64,000 nt of DNA from an uncultured delta proteobacterium (GTDB lineage Bacteria > Desulfobacterota > Binatia > UBA9968). The notes under the pieces were generated by a model, which was not told the origin of the DNA, did not search any database, and was given only the letters and a program-made list of their open reading frames with translations. The DNA lies in contig CAWFJP010000031.1 in assembly GCA_963816145.1 (NCBI GenBank), forward strand, positions 160,001 through 224,000, read 5' to 3'. A program made the translations under genes and the position numbers. Numbering within the stretch: position 1 is the first letter of the stretch; each line of letters starts with the position of its first letter. Shown here one piece after another: positions 20,501-29,960 of the stretch.

Positions 20501-21120
20501 ATACCGGCATCAGGGAGGCAGTTGTGGCGGCGCCGGAGAATGAATCGGGTGAGGCTCGTTTAGTTGCCTACGTCACTTGCACTAGCCAACCCAGCCCCAG
20601 CGTCACGGAGCTTCGCGGCTTTGCTAAGCAGAACCTGCCGGACTACATGATCCCATCAGCGTTCGTGATACTCGATGAAATGCCCTTAACGCCCAATGGC
20701 AAAGTCGACCGTCGAGCGCTTCCTGACCTGGATCACGCCAGGCCACAGCTGAACACCCCATTCGTTTCACCGGGAACTTCCATCGAGAAACAGCTAGCCG
20801 ACATCTGGGCCGAAGCCCTGGACCTCGCCGAGGTTGGGATTCATGACAATTTCTTTGACTTGGGCGGGCACTCGCTCGCCGCCTTCCAGGTGATTTCGCG
20901 GGTCAACAATCGCTTTCAGTTGGAGCTGCCTGCTCACTCGTTGTTCCGGTCGCAGACAGTCGCTGAGATGGCTTTGCTCATCACGCAGAGCCAGGCGCAC
21001 ACTTTGAATCAGGAAGATCTGGATCGCATTCTGACTGATTTGGAGTCGGTTTCGGACCTGCAGGCGCAAGCATGCGTCGCTCGAGAGAACGCCGAAAACG
21101 TCGGAGTCAAAGGCAAGTGA
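17518..21120 (+). CDS. NRPS-like fusion: phenylacetate-CoA ligase-like domain + adenylation domain + carrier domain
   Basis: HSSGSSGNP and TNLYNRTLPIIRYELGD in the N-terminal part; FYTSGSSG, LYFTGD, GRKDFRVKIRG, NGKVDR; FFDLGGHSL. Confidence 0.88.
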   Translation: MTQDNLNTPNETRLLSREIVLAHQQQSFHALLRHVWQSSSFYRDLYSASGIGQAELAEVTPSDLPIINKKLLMENFAGAVTDPRLKKNDLERWLHENRNPAANYCDDFIVVHSSGSSGNPAIFVCSRADWQLAASAMAGRLPPPANYPAGKTRVAFHLATHGNFGGVAVAARLSRRIYETLILSVHDSHQEVARKLNDFQPHQLHGYASGVHDLSLLAMTGELRISPKRIVVGGDKLTASVERDIRRVWNVPVYDFYSASESNYIALRQCGDDEMTVIEDLNILEVLDDADRPVPENQEGRVVVTNLYNRTLPIIRYELGDYVSLGKENPGRLYATIKDIRGRAIDALPITLHDGRKDRLNSHVLSAIYVPALEKFQYISQRADYFEILYVSAENLDAVIRTQFQRILDLKGAAKTTFQVRRVARIASDPHTGKYNLVKIHHQPRTDGLGVIGELNRFRESAADERTLTGAFGEPVESMARQCPDELSRNTDSHATQSETIEPNRVPVKAQSSIDAEARRLARSESRRGQGEYRTSRLNRRLTNPPPEQQVIQAKSFHPSGTFVEFMKEEIERSIPERFEKIVSLHCHRIAVKTADRAVTYAELNAIANRLAREIIAGAGTTQEPVALLFDNGAALFAAMLGVLKAGRFFVAVDPSLPKARIAVLLEDSQATLVVTDGQYLALAGQVASTRCRLLDLESIDQSIPATNLGLPVSADALALIFYTSGSSGAAKALLWSHRVLLHHLMLTTNAFHGCAEDRISLLASGTSGAVTNGLFALLIGAALLPFDVRKEGIARLPSWLSEERISICWFSPQLFRNLREALGGREQFTDLRLIRLAGEAVYRSDIDLYKQHFPGNCLLVNALSSSEAGFLSICYVDHNCDISGNEVPVGYPVADKQIFLLDEEGNDVGFNQVGEIVVRSRYLSLGYWRRPDLTDAKFRADGPGDRDERLYFTGDMGLMRPDGCLIYKGRKDFRVKIRGYGVEFAEVEKVLLEHTGIREAVVAAPENESGEARLVAYVTCTSQPSPSVTELRGFAKQNLPDYMIPSAFVILDEMPLTPNGKVDRRALPDLDHARPQLNTPFVSPGTSIEKQLADIWAEALDLAEVGIHDNFFDLGGHSLAAFQVISRVNNRFQLELPAHSLFRSQTVAEMALLITQSQAHTLNQEDLDRILTDLESVSDLQAQACVARENAENVGVKGK

Positions 21121-21153
21121 GTTCGGCGCACTCGATCATCCGCTAATTTCATT

Positions 21154-22206
21154 TCAACGGATCTGAAAGATTTCCTTCCAGGTTTTCTCGTACTTCGGAA
21201 ACTCTCTCACGTCGTCGATGGTCAGCATGTAGGGCGTCGCCGGGCGGACTTTTTCCATGGGCTCCACTTTGGGATGAGCCGGAGTTTCGCCCGCTTGAGC
21301 ATAGACTTTCTGTCCTTCTTCACTGACGGCCCAGCGAACCCAGAGTTGCGCGGCATTGGGATGCGGCGCGCCCTTCATGACCATCACCGAGCCGCCGACT
21401 TCACCCACGCCTTCGGTCATCAGCGGTTGAATCGGGGCGCCTTTTTTCATGCGCCCGGGAAAATGGTGCGAGTAGCAAGTAAAACAAATGGCGCGCTGAC
21501 CGGCCATGAGAAACTCGGTCAACTGCGAATGGCCGCGATGAAACTCCGGTTGATTGGCGGCGATTTTCTTGAACAGGTCGATGGCCTTGTCATCGCTATT
21601 GTATTTTCGTTTGGCAAAGCCGACGAGCATTTGATAATCGCGCGGCTCGCCCATGATGTTGTCTTTCCATTTAGGGTTGGCGAGCTCCTCGTAATTTTTC
21701 GGCTCTTCGCCTTTCTTGACCAGATTGGTGTTCCAGCCGGCGATGTAGAATTGCATATCGGTCGCGACCCAAAGGTCGCCTTTCAACTGGGCCGGATACG
21801 CCGCGGCCTCGGGTATGGCGACGTGCTCGACGATTTTCAGGTCCAAGATTTGCGGCAAATAGGTCAGCGCCCCGCTTATGACGTCGGCAATGACGCGTCC
21901 TCCCTTCTGCTCGGAGAGCACCCGCGCGATCAGCTTATCGCTGGTGGCGTCGATATGATCGACGGTCACGCCGGGAAAGCGCTTCATGAACGCAGGCGGA
22001 ACCACCGACATCGTCTGCGGCGATAACGGCGCATAAAGCGTAATCTTTCCTTCCTTTTTTGCTTTCTCATAAAGTTGATCGAGGGAATCCGCTGCAGCCG
22101 CGAACAGCTTGCCGGCCGAAGCAGCGCAGATTATGAGCGCCAAGACGAGCGTCGAGACAAAGGTTGCGGGTCGGATTGAACTCGATAATTTTCTCTTTTG
22201 ATTCAT
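21154..22206 (-). CDS. ABC transporter extracellular solute-binding protein
   Basis: Signal peptide; KAKKEGKITLY, APHPNAAQLWVRW. Confidence 0.9.
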   Translation of the reverse strand: MNQKRKLSSSIRPATFVSTLVLALIICAASAGKLFAAAADSLDQLYEKAKKEGKITLYAPLSPQTMSVVPPAFMKRFPGVTVDHIDATSDKLIARVLSEQKGGRVIADVISGALTYLPQILDLKIVEHVAIPEAAAYPAQLKGDLWVATDMQFYIAGWNTNLVKKGEEPKNYEELANPKWKDNIMGEPRDYQMLVGFAKRKYNSDDKAIDLFKKIAANQPEFHRGHSQLTEFLMAGQRAICFTCYSHHFPGRMKKGAPIQPLMTEGVGEVGGSVMVMKGAPHPNAAQLWVRWAVSEEGQKVYAQAGETPAHPKVEPMEKVRPATPYMLTIDDVREFPKYEKTWKEIFQIR

Positions 22207-22636
22207 CTTTCTTCTCCGTAAGCCTCGTTCCATGATTCTGAAACAATATCCGGGAAAACTCTCCTTGGTTGCGGGCGCCGATGTAAATGCGTCTCTGCAA
22301 CTCCTCCATGGAGGAAAACAGCGAAGATGTCAAACCTTTGGGCCGGGAACCGAAACGGTATCGCACCTTGTCCCAGGCGACGACGAAGAACATCGCGCGC
22401 CCATTCTGAGCGCATGTTTGCGCGGTGCGAACCCCGATTCGAGCGTTACCGGCCAAGTGAGTCGGTCGTGCGAATGATCGAGTTCGTCCAGCTAGTCAAT
22501 AACCTCCGCTTTGCTTTACCCTTGTCGTCCCTCTTCACCTGGCAGCTCGCCCAGTCGAAGCCTCCCAAGCGATTGTAATTCGACAATTCGAGCCATTATT
22601 GATATTTGTATGGCTCTTCATTGCCAATCTGGGTTT

Positions 22637-23650
22637 ATGTCGAAAAATTCTCGATCCAAAATAAGGCGTGAATTGTCTGCTCAAAGGTCTTCTCCGAATC
22701 AGTTCGAAGGCATGCTCGGAGTTAGCTTGCCGATGCTCGAAGTATTCCAGCGCGTTATCGATGCCGCGTCCGCAGATATTCCCGTCTTGATCACGGGTGA
22801 AACAGGAACTGGGAAAGACCTCGTTGCCAGCGCGATTCACAATCGAAGCAGAAGAAAAGACAAGCCCTTTGTAGCTGTTAACACGGGCGCGATGGCTACG
22901 GAACTGATCGCCAGTGAGCTATTCGGCCATGAAAAGGGCGCCTACACAGGCGCCAGCGCCGTGCGCAAAGGCAGTTTCGAATTGGCCGACGGCGGGACAA
23001 TCTTTCTCGACGAGATCAGCACCATGGATGAGAAATGCCAGGTGTTTTTGCTCAGAGTCCTAGAATCAAAATCCTTCCGTCGGGTGGGCGGTGAGAAGGA
23101 CATCCGCGTCGATGTTCGGGTCATTGGTGCGACTAATGAAAACCTAGAGATGGCGGTCACAAAAAAACAATTTCGTGAAGATCTCTACTTTAGATTTGAT
23201 GTCTTTCGCATCAATCTGCCGCCGCTTCGGGATAGACCGGGTGGGCTACAGGTTCTCTCGCAAAACTTCTTGGAGCAATTTAATCATATGTATAACAAGC
23301 AGCTGCGGAGCGTTTCCGCAGAAGCACTCCGCTACCTCGAAAGTTATTCCTGGCCCGGCAATGTGCGTGAACTCAAGAATGTTATCCAGCGCGCGGTCCT
23401 TGTTGCAAAAGGTATTGAGCTGACGCCTGATCTGCTGCCAGCGAGAATCAAAGATGTCGGAGAGTCGGCTCGTAATTCATTCTTGGCAAACTTGCCGATC
23501 CATGTCGGCATGACTCTGGAAGCTGCAGAGAGAGAATTTCTCGCCATGACTCTCGGGTCTGTAGCAGGGAATAAGACGCGAGCCGCGTCGATCCTGGGGA
23601 TTAGTCGCCGCACTCTTTACGACAAACTCAAGCGACACCGCCTGGCGTAA
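22637..23650 (+). CDS. Sigma-54-dependent transcriptional activator lacking an N-terminal sensor domain
   Basis: GETGTGKD, ELFGHEKGAYTGA, FLDEI, WPGNVRELKN, Fis-type HTH; start uncertain. Confidence 0.9.
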   Translation: MSKNSRSKIRRELSAQRSSPNQFEGMLGVSLPMLEVFQRVIDAASADIPVLITGETGTGKDLVASAIHNRSRRKDKPFVAVNTGAMATELIASELFGHEKGAYTGASAVRKGSFELADGGTIFLDEISTMDEKCQVFLLRVLESKSFRRVGGEKDIRVDVRVIGATNENLEMAVTKKQFREDLYFRFDVFRINLPPLRDRPGGLQVLSQNFLEQFNHMYNKQLRSVSAEALRYLESYSWPGNVRELKNVIQRAVLVAKGIELTPDLLPARIKDVGESARNSFLANLPIHVGMTLEAAEREFLAMTLGSVAGNKTRAASILGISRRTLYDKLKRHRLA

Positions 23651-23826
23651 AGCGCCAGAAAAGTTTTTGCCCGCAAGGCGAAAGATTCTCGCGGCGTAAG
23701 AATCTCGCTCACCTTTCATCGATCAGTTAGCTCACAGCGTATAGAATCCGCACACTTTCCCCACGGTCACGGAACCGCTATTCCAAGCCCGTCGTAACCT
23801 ATTGAATTCCTTTCGGACCAATAGCT

Positions 23827-23842
23827 TGGCATTTCTCTTGCT
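23827..23842 (+). promoter_or_regulatory. Sigma-54 -24/-12 promoter
   Basis: TGGCATTTCTCTTGCT has canonical GG-N10-GC spacing, directly downstream of the activator gene. Confidence 0.7.
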
Positions 23843-23983
23843 GTAGATTTTTGCTGATTCGGAATTTTATCACAACGTTGAGACGCGGAATCGGTAACGT
23901 TTATTAACGATGATTCTCTCGCAATGAAAAAGCGCGTTTCCTCTCCGAGTTATTAGAGGCGCTCTTCGACTGGTCGGTTTTCT

Positions 23984-24337
23984 GTGAGACTTGAGAAAAT
24001 CATGGTCATCGGTGCGGAAATTCCGCGGTCCTTGAATGCAATATTTCAAGCAGCGAATTCTCACATCACAAAAGTCCCGAGCGGGAAAGTGGCAGTGGCG
24101 CGCGCGCAACGTGAGATGTTCGATGCGGCAATCTTACTGTCCACAGGTAAAGACATGGATTTAACGGAGACCGTGCTTAACCTCAACGACATTAGCGGCT
24201 CTATGGAACTGATTATTTTATCTGACCACACGGATACGATTCAAAGTGCGGTGCCCCAAAAGACTCTGGTGAAATTTGTTTCGAGCGTGACCGTTATGAC
24301 GACGCGAGAATTGGAAAAGCATCTAAACTGGTTCTAG
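23984..24337 (+). CDS. Hypothetical protein, degenerate receiver-like domain
   Basis: KIMVIG..., FDAAILL, ELIILS follow a CheY-like beta/alpha pattern without the phosphoacceptor motif. Confidence 0.5.
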   Translation: MRLEKIMVIGAEIPRSLNAIFQAANSHITKVPSGKVAVARAQREMFDAAILLSTGKDMDLTETVLNLNDISGSMELIILSDHTDTIQSAVPQKTLVKFVSSVTVMTTRELEKHLNWF

Positions 24338-24354
24338 AAGAAGAAAGCGTCACA

Positions 24355-24942
24355 ATGAGCGATCATCGGCATATCGAGTCTAGCGTGGCTGGCAGGAGTG
24401 TTCTCATCGCCTTGCTGCTTCTGACCTTGGCGGCTTGTTCCACCACATCCCCCGCGAAACCGCCCGAGACCACGACGATTCAACCGCAACAACCAATGGC
24501 GGCTAGCCCGAGACAAACCAAGACGGCGCCTTCTAAATCGGGCTCAAGCTTGGACGCACTTCGCGAGGGCGTCCCGCCAGCCTCAGGGCCATTAAAGGAT
24601 ATCTATTTTGATTTTGACCAATATAACTTAAGCGCGGACGCCCGGGAGATGCTCAAGTCTCACCCAGGATGGCTGAAGAACAATGCATCGGCTCAGGTGG
24701 AAGTCGAGGGGCATTGCGATGAACGCGGTACTGGCGAATACAATTTGGCGCTCGGGGCGAAGCGCGCCCAGGCCGCCAAAGACTACTTGGTCGCGTTGGG
24801 AGTTCCAGCGGAACGGTTAACGACGGTCACCTATGGAAAAGAGCTTCCGGTCTGCGGCGAACACACTGAGGAGTGCTGGCAAAAAAATCGCCACGACCGG
24901 TTTGTCGTGAAAAATGTTCGCCAATCGGCGGATACTTTTTAA
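24355..24942 (+). CDS. pal: Peptidoglycan-associated lipoprotein
   Basis: Lipobox LAAC; IYFDFD, EGHCDERGTGEYNLALGAKRA, YGKELP. Confidence 0.9.
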   Translation: MSDHRHIESSVAGRSVLIALLLLTLAACSTTSPAKPPETTTIQPQQPMAASPRQTKTAPSKSGSSLDALREGVPPASGPLKDIYFDFDQYNLSADAREMLKSHPGWLKNNASAQVEVEGHCDERGTGEYNLALGAKRAQAAKDYLVALGVPAERLTTVTYGKELPVCGEHTEECWQKNRHDRFVVKNVRQSADTF

Positions 24943-25001
24943 CCCGATTAATTTCCGCGATCAAAGACGGAAGGCTTCACCAAGAGTTATGGAGGTCTGC
25001 T

Positions 25002-25877
25002 ATGGCCAACGAAAAACTAGCCGCGCAAGAAGTGCTTCTGGATGTGAGCGTCGCCGAGGCGTCGAAACTCTACAAGTTCTACCTCAATCAGGAGAGCAAG
25101 ATCTTGGGGGCCGCCGCAGTCATCGTCTTCCTCCTGCTGTGGGAGTTTATGGGCGGCGCCTTGAGCGTTTACAATCCCATCCCAATTCTGCGCATCAACC
25201 CCATGTTCATGAGCGCGCCGTCGCTCATTTTCAAGGCGGCGGTCGGCCTATTCTCGTCGGGCGAGATTTATAATGACCTCAAGGTTAGCGGCATCGAGTT
25301 TTTTGGCGGCTATATCCTGTCGGTCGTTGTCGCTATTCCCTTCGGCATTCTGACCGGTTGGTACAAGAGGGCTAGTTACGTCTTTGATCCTTTCGTCAAT
25401 GCCATGAACGCTACCCCGCGTGTGGCTCTTCTGCCGCTGGTGATCATTTGGCTGGGCATCGGCATTCCTTCCAAGGTCGGAATTATCTTTCTCGGCGCGG
25501 TTTTCCCGATGTTGATCAACGCGCGGGACGGCGTAAAAACGACCCCGCTCAATTTAATCAACGCGGCGAGGAGTTTCGGCGCGTCCGAATGGCAAGTATT
25601 TAAGAGTGTCGTCTTCCCCTCGACCCTGCCGTTTCTGCTGACCGGTCTGAGAATCGCCGTCGGGCGCGCACTGGTTGGCGTATTGGTTGGCGAGCTCTAC
25701 GCGGCGACAGCGGGGATCGGTTTCATGATCACCGTGGCCGGCGCAACGTTCCAGACAGATAAAGTATTTGTTGGTGTATCGATCTTTGCATTCTCCGGGA
25801 TCGTACTTACCGAAATTCTCGATCGAATCGAGCACCGGTTCGATAAATGGCGTCCCAAAGTGGGATCAGGCGCATAG
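25002..25877 (+). CDS. ABC transporter permease, NitT/TauT family
   Basis: PRVALLPL, LINAARSFGAS, LVGVLVGE; ATG after GGAGG. Confidence 0.9.
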   Translation: MANEKLAAQEVLLDVSVAEASKLYKFYLNQESKILGAAAVIVFLLLWEFMGGALSVYNPIPILRINPMFMSAPSLIFKAAVGLFSSGEIYNDLKVSGIEFFGGYILSVVVAIPFGILTGWYKRASYVFDPFVNAMNATPRVALLPLVIIWLGIGIPSKVGIIFLGAVFPMLINARDGVKTTPLNLINAARSFGASEWQVFKSVVFPSTLPFLLTGLRIAVGRALVGVLVGELYAATAGIGFMITVAGATFQTDKVFVGVSIFAFSGIVLTEILDRIEHRFDKWRPKVGSGA

Positions 25878-26319
25878 CCATCATTGTTGCTTATTAAGGC
25901 GATGAAAATGTCGTTCCAACTCTTCATATTGAAGGTGCCGAAAAAGTACACACGAGGCTGGAAATGGATTTTGTTTATAATTGCCTCCTCTCATTCCATC
26001 TCGCGGGTGTGGAGAATAACACTTCCGTTGCCGCAGTGGTTTATGCGCAAGCACACCTATTCGAATTCATTTGATTCCTAGAAAAAGACCATCTCGGTAC
26101 AATTCGTCATCGCCGCGGGATTAGCTGAGAGCGACTTCTGAAAACAATATATTCATCGAGCCGCTCGCCCAAGCTGCTTCGAAGGCCGCGGGAAAATTCC
26201 CTTATACGTCATTGCAAAATACACCATGAGCGCAGCAAACAGGTCTTGACCGGGATCTAGACGCCGAAAAACAGCGTTCGTAAGGATTTCGGGTAATTGC
26301 AAACGGAGTATGAAGCTAA

Positions 26320-28059
26320 ATGACTGAGAGCGTTGAAGCGCAAATTGAAACGGTAACAAAGAGGACTGTAAATAATAAGTGGAGCGAGTATCGCCTGCTT
26401 TTTTATTCGGCCTTGATCGGGGTTGCGGGCGGACTTGGAGCCCAGATATTCGTCTGGATTTTGAATTTCACCGAACACCTGCTGCTAGTGGGAGTCGCCG
26501 GTTACCAGCCGCCCGAACCGGGAAGTTTGAATCCTCAGCCCATTATTGGCCCTTGGGGGTTGTGGCTGATTCCACTGGTAACCACCCTCGGCGGACTTCT
26601 CTCGGGAATATTGGTCTACACCTTCGCTCCTGAGGCGGAAGGTCATGGCACCGACGCTGCTGTGGAAGCATTTCACTTCAAAGGCGGTAGAGTCAGGCCG
26701 ATTGTTCCATTAATTAAGGTGTTCGCGTCCGCCATCACGATCGGATCCGGCGGAGCGGCAGGACGCGAAGGACCAACCGCGCAAATCAGCGTCGGTTTCG
26801 GTTCGATGCTCGCGGACCTGTTGCACCTGCCTGATGACGAGCGGCGCATCCTGGTGCTGGCGGGAATGGCTGCCGGCCTCGCCGCGATCTTCCGATCCCC
26901 ACTAGGGATGGCGATCTTTTCAGTGGAAATTCTCTATTCGGGCATGGCCTTCGAAACCGAAGCTCTTATCTATACGGTAGTCGCGTCGGTCGTCGCATAC
27001 GCGGTGAACGGCTTGTTTGTCGGCTGGTCGCCGATTTTTCTGTTTCCTCAAAACGTTCATTTTACGCAGCCCATTGCGCTCATCGGTTATGCGATTCTCG
27101 GGGTGGTCGCCGGCGTGATCGGTGCCATTGAACCAGCGATCTTTTATGGGATTAGGGATATATTTCGCGCCATAAAAATTCCCAATCACGTAAAGCCCGC
27201 GATTGGCGGTCTCTTGATGGGATTGATTGCCGTCGTGGTTCCCGAAACGATCTCCACCGGATATGGCTGGGTTCAGAAAGCGATGACCGGCGATTACATC
27301 GGCTGGTCACTGATCTTTCTAGCCCTCGCAAAAATTGTGGCGATGTCTTTGACGATATCGTCGGGCGGCTCGGGCGGGGTATTCGGCCCCAACGTGTACA
27401 TCGGCGGTATGGTCGGCGCATGGGTCGCCTTTGTCGCAGACCGTTTCATCCCGGGCGCCGGTTTTAACACCGCCGCCTTCGCGGTCGTTGGCATGGCCGC
27501 AGTTTTCGCAGGCACCGCGCGGGTTCCAATCGCGACGTTGATCATGGTCGCCGAAATGACTGGCGGCTACGGGCTTATCGTTCCATCGATGCTGGCGACG
27601 ATAATCGCTTTTGTCGTGGAACGAACCGTATCGGCCGGGTTTAAATATCCTCGGCTATACGAGGCACAAGTAGAGTTGCGGTCCGATTCCCCAACGCATT
27701 TGGAAAGCATGCTCCAAGCAACCTTTTCGGTACTTGAACGCGGCCCGCTCGTGGATCTGCGCAACGTTACTTTGCCCCATTTAGCTTCTCTGCTGCGCCA
27801 TGGCACGCCGATTCCCATTCACGGAGGTCAAGGCAACTTATCGAATATAACTTTGCCACAAAATTCGCTGCTGGCGGGTCGGACTATAGCAGAATTGTTC
27901 GAGCCGTTTCCCGAGCTACTCGCTGTAGCGATTATCCGCGATCAGCAGATCCATATGCCACGCGGATCCACCCTAATCCATGGCGGAGACCAAGTGTTGA
28001 TTGCGGCAAACCAAGCGGCAAGTCTACAAGCTTTCAAAGAATTGGCCGGCAGCACTTAA
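26320..28059 (+). CDS. ClC chloride channel / H+:Cl- antiporter with C-terminal TrkA-C domain
   Basis: GHGTD, GREGP, GGSGGVFGP; C-terminal NSLLAGRTIAEL...PRGSTLIHGGD. Confidence 0.92.
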   Translation: MTESVEAQIETVTKRTVNNKWSEYRLLFYSALIGVAGGLGAQIFVWILNFTEHLLLVGVAGYQPPEPGSLNPQPIIGPWGLWLIPLVTTLGGLLSGILVYTFAPEAEGHGTDAAVEAFHFKGGRVRPIVPLIKVFASAITIGSGGAAGREGPTAQISVGFGSMLADLLHLPDDERRILVLAGMAAGLAAIFRSPLGMAIFSVEILYSGMAFETEALIYTVVASVVAYAVNGLFVGWSPIFLFPQNVHFTQPIALIGYAILGVVAGVIGAIEPAIFYGIRDIFRAIKIPNHVKPAIGGLLMGLIAVVVPETISTGYGWVQKAMTGDYIGWSLIFLALAKIVAMSLTISSGGSGGVFGPNVYIGGMVGAWVAFVADRFIPGAGFNTAAFAVVGMAAVFAGTARVPIATLIMVAEMTGGYGLIVPSMLATIIAFVVERTVSAGFKYPRLYEAQVELRSDSPTHLESMLQATFSVLERGPLVDLRNVTLPHLASLLRHGTPIPIHGGQGNLSNITLPQNSLLAGRTIAELFEPFPELLAVAIIRDQQIHMPRGSTLIHGGDQVLIAANQAASLQAFKELAGST

Positions 28060-28175
28060 CAAGGCATCATTGGGATGGTTTGAAAGACGCACTAAACTGC
28101 TCTTGGATGGATTGTACTTGCCATGAGCTGGTACTAAATTCGCACTAGGTCAATCAAACCAATGAGGAGACGTCA

Positions 28176-28821
28176 ATGGAAATCGTTCTTTACTACGCCC
28201 CCAACACCTGCGCGCTCGCTCCCTATGTCACGCTGGCCGAGGCCGGCGCCGATTTCGAGGTCCGGCCGCTCGATTTCCGCAAGCGGCAGAATTTCTCGCC
28301 CGAGTACCTGAAGATAAACCCCAAACACAAGGTGCCCGCGCTGGTGATCGACGGCAAGATCCTGACCGAGAACGTCGCCATCCATCAATGGGTCCATCGA
28401 ACCTTTCCCGGCAGCGAAGATCCTGCCCGCCGATCCGTGGGAGCAGTTGCAGGCGATCTCGCTGCATGGCTGGTGTGCCAGCGGCATCCACCCCTATCTG
28501 AGCCGGATCAACAACCCGCCCAAAGTCTGCGACGCCAACGGCGCGTCCGATAGCGTGATCAAGTTTGCCACCGAAGCGCTCTTCGAGAACTTCAAAATCG
28601 GTGATGATTTGCTCGCCGGGCGCGAATACTTCTTCGACCATTTCACCGCCCCGGACGCGCATTTCTTTTGGTGTTGCCGGCGCGCCACCCAATTGAAAGT
28701 GGACATCTCAGGCTTCGCCAACGTCGCGGCGCATTTCAAGCGCATGCAGAAGCGCCCGAGCGTCAAGAAGCTCGTCGCCTATGAGAAAGAAGTGAATGAA
28801 GGGTTTGCCAAGACGGCCTAG
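28176..28821 (+). pseudogene. Glutathione S-transferase, +1 frameshift near 28410 (cassette copy A)
   Basis: Near-identical to the intact copy at 60335-60979; extra G in ACCTTTCCCGGCAGCG. Confidence 0.85.
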
Positions 28822-28988
28822 GAACCACTCGAGTTGCGCAGACACACGCAGTTGCCGAGCATCGCGCGGCGCCTTACGAGGCATCAGCGAGACGGACACC
28901 AAAATTTTTCGAACTGTGATTAAGATCAACGCCGAAAATAGCAAAGTCAAGATTCAGGACTCTGCCCTGAATCGTTCTCGGGAGTAAT

Positions 28989-29960
28989 ATGCCACGAACC
29001 GCAGCCGTGATCGGCCGATCAGGTTTTCGCATTCCAGCCCTTCTGCTGATCGCCGTCATGGCGCTTGCGGTCGGCTGGGCTCGCCGCTTTCCGAAGCCTG
29101 AAGTCACGACGATTAAAGTCCCCAACCCCGCCGAGCTCCAGCGATATATACTGTCGCGCAAGCCCGACGTAGCGCAATTCAAGTTACGTGGACCCTTTGC
29201 CGTCACCGAGCGCAAAGACCTGGAAATCCCGCTGGCTTCCGGTCTCACAGTGACAGCGGACTTGTACCTGTGCGCAGTGGCCCAAAAAGCCCCTTTGGTC
29301 ATCGTGTTGCACGGTTACGACAATTCCAAGAGGGACCATGCCTTCCAAGCGATGCATTTGGCCTCCTGGGGCATGCATGCCATGGCCATCGACTTGCCCA
29401 ATCACGGTCCGTGGATTGCCAACGGCAGAACTCTTGCCAGGCTGGTCGACGCGATTCATCGGAGGCCGCAGCTCGTCGACGAGCGCATCGACGCGGACAA
29501 GATCATTCTGATGGGCCACTCATTCGGCGCGACCGCCATCGCCACCGCGTTGGGGGAAAAAGCCCCCGCGTTGGGTGGCGTGCTTCTCGATCCCGCCGGC
29601 ATCGGCCGGGAATTGCCGAAGTTGCTGCAGCGGATCACCCGTCCGGTGATGGTGATCGGTGCGGACGAGGACATCTGGCCTACTCGCAACCGCGGGCAAT
29701 TTTACCGCTTCATTCCGCGCGCGGTCGGCGAGATCTCGATACGGGACACGCTCCACGAAGATGCACAGTATCCGAACGAGCACACGCTGCGCGCATTCGA
29801 GGACAAGCCCGATGACACCGAGGAAGCGCAGATCGCTTTCGTCAGCGCGCTGACCGCTTCCGCCTTCGGCCTTGCGGCCACCGGCGGCATAGACTATGGC
29901 TGGAACAGCTTTGACCAGGCCATTAAGAACGGCACTTTTTTCAACGCGAGGAGAAAATAA
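28989..29960 (+). CDS. Exported or membrane-anchored alpha/beta hydrolase (cassette copy A)
   Basis: N-terminal hydrophobic segment; VLHGY, GHSFG nucleophile elbow, GADED, LHEDAQ; TAATG coupling to the next gene. Confidence 0.88.
   Translation: MPRTAAVIGRSGFRIPALLLIAVMALAVGWARRFPKPEVTTIKVPNPAELQRYILSRKPDVAQFKLRGPFAVTERKDLEIPLASGLTVTADLYLCAVAQKAPLVIVLHGYDNSKRDHAFQAMHLASWGMHAMAIDLPNHGPWIANGRTLARLVDAIHRRPQLVDERIDADKIILMGHSFGATAIATALGEKAPALGGVLLDPAGIGRELPKLLQRITRPVMVIGADEDIWPTRNRGQFYRFIPRAVGEISIRDTLHEDAQYPNEHTLRAFEDKPDDTEEAQIAFVSALTASAFGLAATGGIDYGWNSFDQAIKNGTFFNARRK

Noticed and set aside
22250-22500. Protein-like text on the minus strand (AMFFVVAWDKVRYRFG)
   Set aside because: It could be another gene fragment, but no family was recognised.
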